From Candidatus Eiseniibacteriota bacterium (GTDB taxonomy: Bacteria > Eisenbacteria > RBG-16-71-46 > CAIMUX01 > VGJL01): DNA of 64,000 nucleotides. The stretch is taken from positions 288,001 through 352,000 of the forward strand of contig CAWBWI010000003.1 of the NCBI GenBank assembly GCA_963792585.1, given 5' to 3'. Below the pieces are notes generated by a model, which worked only from the letters and a program-made list of their open reading frames with translations, was not told the DNA's origin and made no database searches. Both the position numbers and the translations under genes were made by a program. Below, piece after piece: positions 58,074 to 64,000 of this stretch. How positions within the stretch are numbered: the first letter of the stretch is position 1; every line of letters begins with the position of its first letter.

Positions 58074-59030
58074 ATGATCCGCATCCAGCGGGACGGTGTC
58101 GAGATCGCGCTGACCTACGAGGAGTTCATCCGGGAGGTGCGCGAGGGCAGAGTCACTCCCGAGACGCTGGTCCGGAGCGACGTCCTGACGATGGGGGCCT
58201 GGAAGCCCGCCGGGCAACTCCAGTTCTTTCGCTCCTGGGCGCCTACCGCGAACCTCCCGCCCGACACGGACCCCCCCGGGCCGATCCCTCCTCCGGAGCG
58301 GACGTCCCCGGAGGAGCCTCAGGACCGAGACCGCTCCACGACCGTTCGGATGCCGCCGTGGGACCCGGAGACGGCAGACGAGTCTCTCCCGTGGGAGAGA
58401 ATCGAGCGGGTGGGTTTCTTCCGCGCCTTCACGTCCACGATCCGACTGGCCCTGACCAAGGCCGATGCCTTCGGTCGGGGGATCGCGGCGGGGGAGGTTG
58501 TCATGCCCTCGCTGGTCTTCGGCCTGCTGGTGACGGCGATCGCAGCCATCTTCGACGCCTTCTATGCGGTCGGCGCGCTGAAGTTCGCCGGCCCCATGAT
58601 CGAGCAGATGAGCTCCACGTTGCCCGGAATCTTCGGTCCGGCCGGCCCGCCCACCGCGCGCGATATCCTCTTCCAGCACGGGATGGGGATTCTCTTCTAC
58701 CCGGCATTGGTCTTTGTCTGGGGGGGTGTGGTCCATCTGCTCCTTCGGCTCTTCGGCAAGCCCGAACGGGGATTCGCGGCGACGCTGCGCGTCGCCAACT
58801 ACTCGATGGCGCCGCAGATTCTCACGATTCTGCCGGTCTGCGGAAGCCTGGTTGGTTGGGTCTGGACGATCATCCTCATCGTCCGCGGTCTCATGATCGC
58901 CCACCGGACCAGTGGCGCAAGCGCCACCGCCGCAGCCCTTCTGCCCTTGCTCGGATTTTGTCTCTGGATGCTGCTCGCGAACTTGCAGTCCATGTTGCAG
59001 GCACTTCCCCGTACGGGGATCGGCTCGTAA
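58074..59030 (+). CDS. YIP1-family membrane protein with N-terminal GYF_2-like domain and Pro-rich linker
   Basis: GRVTPETLV...W.PA N-terminus; LPWE...GFF.AF..T; FAATLRV..YS; about five TMs. Confidence 0.65.
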   Translation: MIRIQRDGVEIALTYEEFIREVREGRVTPETLVRSDVLTMGAWKPAGQLQFFRSWAPTANLPPDTDPPGPIPPPERTSPEEPQDRDRSTTVRMPPWDPETADESLPWERIERVGFFRAFTSTIRLALTKADAFGRGIAAGEVVMPSLVFGLLVTAIAAIFDAFYAVGALKFAGPMIEQMSSTLPGIFGPAGPPTARDILFQHGMGILFYPALVFVWGGVVHLLLRLFGKPERGFAATLRVANYSMAPQILTILPVCGSLVGWVWTIILIVRGLMIAHRTSGASATAAALLPLLGFCLWMLLANLQSMLQALPRTGIGS

Positions 59031-59044
59031 AGGGAGGAGACCCC

Positions 59045-59458
59045 GTGCTCGACAACTGGTTTTCTCCAGGCGCGCGGTTCGCCCCGGTCTTCTTGCGTGT
59101 GGTGGTCGGAGTCGTCGCGGTTCTGCATGGGTGGCCGAAGATGAAGGCTCTGGGGACGTTCATCGAGAAGGTCGACAAGATGGGGGTGCCGATTGCCCCT
59201 GTCTTTGCGACAGCCGCCGCCCTCGCGGAGTTTCTTGGCGGACTCGCGCTGATCATCGGTCTCTTCACCCGCTACGCCGCCTTTTCCTTCGCGTGCGTGA
59301 TGGCCGTAGCCGTCTTCAAGGTCCACCAGCCGAGTGGCTTCTTCGCCAAGGGAAATGGATACGAGTACCCGCTCGTCCTGCTCGTCGCGGCGGTCTCCCT
59401 GATCTTCAGCGGAGCCGGTCCGATATCGCTCGACCGGATGTTTGGGAGGAAGAAGTAG
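59045..59458 (+). CDS. DoxX family membrane protein
   Basis: LRV.VG....HG..K, AEFLGG..L..GLFTR, GYEYPL, GAGPISLD; GGAGGAG RBS. Confidence 0.9.
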   Translation: MLDNWFSPGARFAPVFLRVVVGVVAVLHGWPKMKALGTFIEKVDKMGVPIAPVFATAAALAEFLGGLALIIGLFTRYAAFSFACVMAVAVFKVHQPSGFFAKGNGYEYPLVLLVAAVSLIFSGAGPISLDRMFGRKK

Positions 59459-59550
59459 ACCCCGGGGGAGGCGCTTCCCCGCCGGGGTCGGGGCGCGGGC
59501 AAACCGTCCGCGCGGAAGCGACCTCGACCTTCGCGTTCCAGATTCTCAAC

Positions 59551-60792
59551 ATGGTCGCCGGGGCGATCACGAACATCGTGATCGCACGCACGCTCGGTCC
59601 CCCGGGGAAGGGGGTGCTGGCCCTGCTCGGGTACGGCGTCTTCGTGGCGACGAGTCTCGGCGCGCTCGGGCTCCAGGCGGCTTCCGTCTACTTGATCGGC
59701 AAGGGTCGTTATTCCAAAGAAGATATCGCCGGTAGTGCGACCGTCATCAGCCTGGCGACGGGCATCATCTGCGCGGTGGGGACCTGGATCCTGCTGCCGC
59801 GCTTCCAGGGAACGATACCGCTCACGCCGTTGATGATCGGGGCGACGGCCTTGGTTGTCCCGCCGGCACTGTTGCGCCTCAATCTGAGCGGCATCTTCCT
59901 TGGAACAGGCCGGATGCTGGCCTACAACCTCTCCCTGACGGGGCTGTCGTTGGCATGGATGCTCGGCACGTTTGTCCTGCTCGTGCCCCTTCGGGGCGAC
60001 GTTCAAGAGGCGGCGCTCCTCTGGTCGGGGATCCAGATCGCCGGATCGTTGATCACACTCGCGGTGGTCTATGCGGGGGCTCCGCCTCACTTCGGGGTTC
60101 TGCGGGACTGCCTGAGGGCGTCGCTCGACTTCGGGCTCCGCACCTATGCTGCGAACCTGATCTGGATCATGGTATTGCGCGTCGATAGCTTCATTCTCGC
60201 CGCCTACCGATCCGCGGCCGAAGTCGGGATCTACTCGGTGGCGGTCCTCGTCGCCGAGGTGGCGCTTCACCTGCCGAGGTCGCTGACCCTGGTCCTGACG
60301 AGGCGGTTCGCCCAGGGAGAGATGCTCCCCGCCGCCCGTCTCGCGGCCCGAGCATCGCGGCTCGGGAGCATGGCGGTCTTCGGTCTGGGGATCGCCCTGG
60401 CCCTTCTGGCTCGACCGATCATTCCATTCATCTTTGGACGGGGATTCGCCTCCTCGGTCTCGCCACTTCTCTGGTTGATCCCGGGGATCGTTTCCCTGGC
60501 GATCGCCTCTCCGTTGTCGCTCTACCTGGTCCAACAGCGGGGCAAGCCGGTCTGGACGGGCGCCTCGGCCCTCGTCTCCCTGGCGGTCAACGTGGGACTG
60601 AACCTGATCTGGATCCCGGGACACGGCGTGGTGGGGGCGGCCTGGGCCTCGAGCATTGCCTACACGATCCACGCGGGGATCATCTCGGTGCTCTTCCGGA
60701 ACGAGACCGGTTTGAGTTGGGGACATCTCATCTTGCCCAGGCGAGACGACTTCCGGACGTGGATCGACCTCATATCACGACGCGGATCGTGA
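59551..60792 (+). CDS. Oligosaccharide/polysaccharide flippase (MOP/Wzx-like)
   Basis: IARTLGP.GKG, RVD..IL, VGIYSVA, LNLIWIP..G..GAAWASSIAY; start uncertain. Confidence 0.82.
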   Translation: MVAGAITNIVIARTLGPPGKGVLALLGYGVFVATSLGALGLQAASVYLIGKGRYSKEDIAGSATVISLATGIICAVGTWILLPRFQGTIPLTPLMIGATALVVPPALLRLNLSGIFLGTGRMLAYNLSLTGLSLAWMLGTFVLLVPLRGDVQEAALLWSGIQIAGSLITLAVVYAGAPPHFGVLRDCLRASLDFGLRTYAANLIWIMVLRVDSFILAAYRSAAEVGIYSVAVLVAEVALHLPRSLTLVLTRRFAQGEMLPAARLAARASRLGSMAVFGLGIALALLARPIIPFIFGRGFASSVSPLLWLIPGIVSLAIASPLSLYLVQQRGKPVWTGASALVSLAVNVGLNLIWIPGHGVVGAAWASSIAYTIHAGIISVLFRNETGLSWGHLILPRRDDFRTWIDLISRRGS

Positions 60793-60821
60793 TAGGCTAT
60801 TCCGGGCAACGAGGAGGGCGT

Positions 60822-61238
60822 ATGGAGTCGATTGCTCAATGGGTGGGTGGGTTGAAGTTCGAAGCGACCTTCTCAACCGGTCACACAGTTGCGATGGACA
60901 CCTCGCCGGAGCAAGGCGGGGAGAACGAGGGGCCGCGGCCGATCGAAATGCTGCTCGCCGGGCTTGCCGGCTGCACCGGTATGGATGTGCTCGCGATCCT
61001 GCGCAAGAAGCGGCAGGACATCAAGGCATTCCGCGTGCTGGTGCGTGGAGATCGGCGCGAGGAGCACCCGAAGATCTTCACGAAGCTCCACGTGATCTAC
61101 GAGGTCACGGGCAAAGGAGTCGATATCGAAGGGGTGCGCCAGGCCGTTCTCCTCTCCGAGGAGAAGTACTGCTCGGTGGCGGCGATGCTCCGCTCCGCGG
61201 CGCCGATCACGTCCGAAGTCCGCGTTCTGGAGGCCTGA
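60822..61238 (+). CDS. OsmC family protein (YhfA-like)
   Basis: GPRPIEMLLAGLAGCTGMDV, SEEKYCSV; GGAGG RBS. Confidence 0.9.
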   Translation: MESIAQWVGGLKFEATFSTGHTVAMDTSPEQGGENEGPRPIEMLLAGLAGCTGMDVLAILRKKRQDIKAFRVLVRGDRREEHPKIFTKLHVIYEVTGKGVDIEGVRQAVLLSEEKYCSVAAMLRSAAPITSEVRVLEA

Positions 61239-61267
61239 TCACGCCTCGAGCGAGCGTTCCGGAGCGG

Positions 61268-61711
61268 GTGCTCCTCTACACCGACGGCGCCTGCTCGGGC
61301 AATCCCGGTCCAGGTGGTTGGGCGGTGATCCTCGTCCACCCCACGTCGGGGAAGCGACGAGAGATCTCGGGAGCCGAACGGCTCACGACGAACAACCGGA
61401 TGGAACTGACCGCTGCCATCGAAGGCCTTCGAACGTTGAAGCGGCCCGCAAACGTCGAGGTCTACAGCGATTCGCGTTACGTCGTTCAAGGTATGTCCGA
61501 GTGGATCCATGACTGGATCCGGCGTGGGTGGAAGACCGCCGCGAAGAAGCCGGTCTTGAACGAGGATCTCTGGCGTAAGCTGTATCGACTGTCCGGCGAG
61601 CAGGCGTCCGCGAGTTTCCACTGGGTCGCCGGGCACTCAGGGCACGAGGAGAACGAACGCTGCGATGAGCTGGCGGTGAAGGCGTATCAGGAACTCATGG
61701 GCCGATCCTGA
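61268..61711 (+). CDS. rnhA: Ribonuclease HI
   Basis: YTDGACSGNPGPGGW, TTNNRMEL, SDSRYV, N.DLW, WVAGHSGH.ENERCDELA; start uncertain. Confidence 0.95.
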   Translation: MLLYTDGACSGNPGPGGWAVILVHPTSGKRREISGAERLTTNNRMELTAAIEGLRTLKRPANVEVYSDSRYVVQGMSEWIHDWIRRGWKTAAKKPVLNEDLWRKLYRLSGEQASASFHWVAGHSGHEENERCDELAVKAYQELMGRS

Positions 61712-61945
61712 GGATCCGTCAAACCCAGCGCGACCCGCAGCCTCGCCGCGATCTCCTCCGGCACCTCTTCGCGTTCCAAGCACCAGTACGAGTTCGAGCG
61801 TGCCGCGAAGCGACAGGGCTTGGTCGCGGCAGTCCGCGCAGGATTCCAGGTGCTGCGCGACCTCCCTGCAGAACGGCGAGGTTTCGCGTCTTCCCGCATC
61901 TGCGCAGATCTTCTTCAGGATGTCCGCGCAACGTTCACTTGCCAT
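61687..61945 (-). CDS. Zinc-finger (ZAS) anti-sigma factor, apparent frameshift near 61789
   Basis: C...C...C-REVAQHLESCADC (HxxxCxxC); the natural tail YWCLEREEVPEEIAARLR lies in the adjacent frame. Confidence 0.75.
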
Positions 61946-62555
61946 CGTTCCGTCCTTCCAGATAGTCCGCCAGGTGATCTCGCAAGAAGAGCCGGGCGCG
62001 GTGGAGATCGGTCTTGAGGGCCGCGAGGGTGACCCCGGCGGACATTGCGGCTTCCTTGAGCGTCAGTCCCTCGATGTCGACGAGAACGAACGCTGCGCGG
62101 TGCTTCGGCGGGAGTTCGCCGATCGCCGCCTCGAGGCGGCCACGCAACTCACGGTTCTCCAGAAGCGCGTGGGGATTCTCCTCGAGAGAGCGCGTCATCG
62201 GGGCAAGGTTGCGGGAGGGGTCGGTCTCCAACTGCTCGAGATCGACGAAGGTCCGGCCACCGCGGGCGCGGAGTCGCTGCAATGCTTCATTGGTCGCGAT
62301 CCTGTAGATCCAGGTCGTGAGTCGCGACCCGGAGCGGAATCGGGGCAGCGACTTGAAGACCTTCAGGAAGGTTTCCTGCAGGACGACCGCGGCTTCGTCG
62401 GGATCGCCGGTCAACCGCATGGAGAGGTTGTAGACCATCTTCTGGTACCTGAGGACGATCTCCTCACGGGCACGGGAGTCGCCCGCGACTGCGGCACGAA
62501 CGAGCGCCGTCTCGTCGATCGGGAGGAGTGGGGCCCGTGGATCACGCGCGTCCGT
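61935..62555 (-). CDS. ECF RNA polymerase sigma factor
   Basis: Region 2 (QETFLK...FR..SRLTTWIYRIATN) and region 4 (LPPKHRAAFVL.DIEGL...LHRAR); the frame stays open upstream of ATG 62438 through DETALVRAAVAGD to an ACG at 62555 with GGAGG 6 nt upstream. Confidence 0.88.
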   Translation of the reverse strand, partial: TDARDPRAPLLPIDETALVRAAVAGDSRAREEIVLRYQKMVYNLSMRLTGDPDEAAVVLQETFLKVFKSLPRFRSGSRLTTWIYRIATNEALQRLRARGGRTFVDLEQLETDPSRNLAPMTRSLEENPHALLENRELRGRLEAAIGELPPKHRAAFVLVDIEGLTLKEAAMSAGVTLAALKTDLHRARLFLRDHLADYLEGRNDGK

Positions 62556-62609
62556 GCGAAACCTCCGTGTCTCCGCTTCCGTGGTGGAGGAGAGGTTACC
62601 GCGGAGGGC

Positions 62610-62921
62610 TCAAGAACACCACGAGCGCCTTGCCGACAATCGGACATAGAACTTTCCGAGCCCACGCCTCTTTGGGTCATGATCGAGCGTCGACCCGTGA
62701 TAGACCCTCAGGATGTGGGCAACGTCCGGCGGGATCGAAAGGACCACGCCCTCGACCTCGATCTTCTGGTCCCCGGCCTGCGGCTCTTCCAGAGCCAACC
62801 CCAAGCGGGGACCACCTCAGGTATAGTCGTCGATCAGGATTCGGGCGACTCTTCCGGGGACCGGATCGTCCGAGAGGACCGTGCGGAGGTACTCCCGGGC
62901 GGTCGGACTGATCTTGATCAA
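62610..62921 (-). CDS. HesB/IscA-like selenoprotein (in-frame TGA read as Sec35)
   Basis: TTG 62921 overlaps the trxA stop; MIKISPTAREYL...RILIDDYT-TGA-GGPRLGLALEEPQAGDQKIEVEGV...WCS, 103 aa; matches the U-GGP.LGLAL(D/E)E motif of HesB-like selenoproteins. Confidence 0.85.
62782..62796 (-). promoter_or_regulatory. Candidate bacterial SECIS hairpin
   Basis: On the minus strand GGCUCU-GGA-AGAGCC starts 21 nt after the in-frame UGA and has G in the apical loop. Confidence 0.6.
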
Positions 62922-63301
62922 GAGCCCACCGCCGCCGACTTGAGCGCGTGGCGGTCAAGCCACTCGCGGAGCGGGCGCAGGGGCATCGCGCCGACCGCGT
63001 GATCGACGGCCTTGCCATCCTTGAAGAGGATCATCGTCGGGATGCTCGAGATCCCGAAGGCCGCGGCGGTCTGCGGGCTCTCATCCACGTTCAGCTTCAC
63101 GATTCGAAGTCGACCTTGGTATTCGGGCCCGATCTCCTCCAAGAGGCCACCCACCAGCCTGCAAGGGGCGCACCAGGGCGCCCAGAAATCGACGAGGACC
63201 GGCGTCTTCGAGGCGAGGACCTCCGCGGCGAAATTCGTATCGTCAACCGACTGCGGCTTGCCAGGCACCGCCTTCTTGTCGAACAGATCTCGTAGGGACA
63301 T
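62918..63301 (-). CDS. trxA: Thioredoxin
   Basis: VLVDFWAPWCAPC, KLNVDE, SIPTMILFKDG; GGAG RBS. Confidence 0.95.
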   Translation of the reverse strand: MSLRDLFDKKAVPGKPQSVDDTNFAAEVLASKTPVLVDFWAPWCAPCRLVGGLLEEIGPEYQGRLRIVKLNVDESPQTAAAFGISSIPTMILFKDGKAVDHAVGAMPLRPLREWLDRHALKSAAVGS

Positions 63302-63421
63302 GGAGTCGCTCCTTTCGATCGGCGCCCAAAGGCCGCCGTCCGGGTGGGGGTTCATTCCACCCTTCATCCTGTTGGATGCAGCGGCGGCAAGAAGGATTCA
63401 GACTTTAATGGGCCGCGGGAA

Positions 63422-64000
63422 TCAACGATCGGAGGAAGCCGGGGCCGTCGGGGGGCGGGTCTGCGGAGCGAGGGCATCGGCATAGGCGGCGAGCACGGTG
63501 TCCCCGAGGGTGGGGATCGAGAAGACCGACTGGACCCTGGCCCGTCCCGCCTCGCCGAACTGCGCGCGGCGGCGGGGATCTTCGAGGAGGGTGATCAGCG
63601 CCCCGGCGAGCTCGGTCGGCGAAGCCGGGGGAACCAACCACCCGGTCTCTCCATGAACGACGACCTCAGGGATCCCGCCCGCCTGCGACGCGACCACGGG
63701 AAGTCGCGCGGCCATCGCGTCCAGGATCGATGTCCCGAGCCCTTCCTCCACCGAGGGATGGGCGAAGATGTCGAAGGTGTGCAGGAAACGCGCGACGTCG
63801 GTGCGGAAACCGGCGAAGGTCACCCGTGTCTGCAGGCTCCGCTCCCAGCAGTCTCGGCGCAACTCCGCCTCGAGGGGTCCGTCGCCGAAGACCACGAGAT
63901 GGGCCTCGGGCCGCTCGGCGAGGATCCGCGGCATCGCGGCGATCAGGTGCCGATGCCCTTTGTGGGGAACGAGCGATCCGACCGCCCCGATCAGACCCGC
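63422..64000 (-). CDS. Glycosyltransferase family 4 (GT-B), 5' end outside the window
   Basis: GSLVPHKGH, GDGPL, GFRTDV, PSVEEGLGTSILDAMA, GGIPEVV. Confidence 0.9.
   Translation of the reverse strand, partial: AGLIGAVGSLVPHKGHRHLIAAMPRILAERPEAHLVVFGDGPLEAELRRDCWERSLQTRVTFAGFRTDVARFLHTFDIFAHPSVEEGLGTSILDAMAARLPVVASQAGGIPEVVVHGETGWLVPPASPTELAGALITLLEDPRRRAQFGEAGRARVQSVFSIPTLGDTVLAAYADALAPQTRPPTAPASSDR

Noticed and set aside
58912..59550. Long N-terminal extension of the flippase ORF
   Set aside because: Overlaps the YIP1 and DoxX genes in another frame. The true start is unclear (no canonical start between the DoxX stop and ATG 59551), so I did not claim a fusion.

Overview
A GC-rich, densely coding bacterial chromosome segment with about 47 genes. 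I saw no rRNA, tRNA, CRISPR array or mobile element. Four secreted proteins end in a FlgD-Ig-like (T9SS-CTD-like) domain, which suggests an FCB-superphylum lineage such as Eisenbacteria, Krumholzibacteriota or Latescibacterota (inference only). Contents: (i) Met/Cys PLP lyase, CDF and CorA transporters and a TMTC-like TPR protein; (ii) mscS joined in-frame to an M48 peptidase, rocD and an orphan sensor kinase; (iii) secreted C1A, M23 and Lys-gingipain-like C25 peptidases; (iv) a divergent Rex, a BNR beta-propeller plus MoaD/ThiS ubiquitin-like gene pair, a Tat-exported SOD and a six-CARDB lipoprotein; (v) a copper island with a sigma-54 two-component system divergent from cusCBA-copA-YHS, where a -24/-12 promoter and a palindromic enhancer are visible; (vi) gdh followed by two PPDK-N/ATP-grasp proteins, one with a GAF-like N-terminus and a C-terminal nucleotidyltransferase domain; (vii) housekeeping genes; (viii) a trxA / HesB-like gene / ECF sigma / zinc anti-sigma operon. 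The HesB-like gene, which the ORF track splits, has an in-frame TGA in a U-GGPRLGLALEE motif followed by a SECIS-like hairpin, so it is very probably a selenoprotein. Several single-base frameshifts (many in cusA) suggest residual assembly errors, so indel-dependent observations need read-level checks. All product calls come from motifs recognised by eye; no database search was run.
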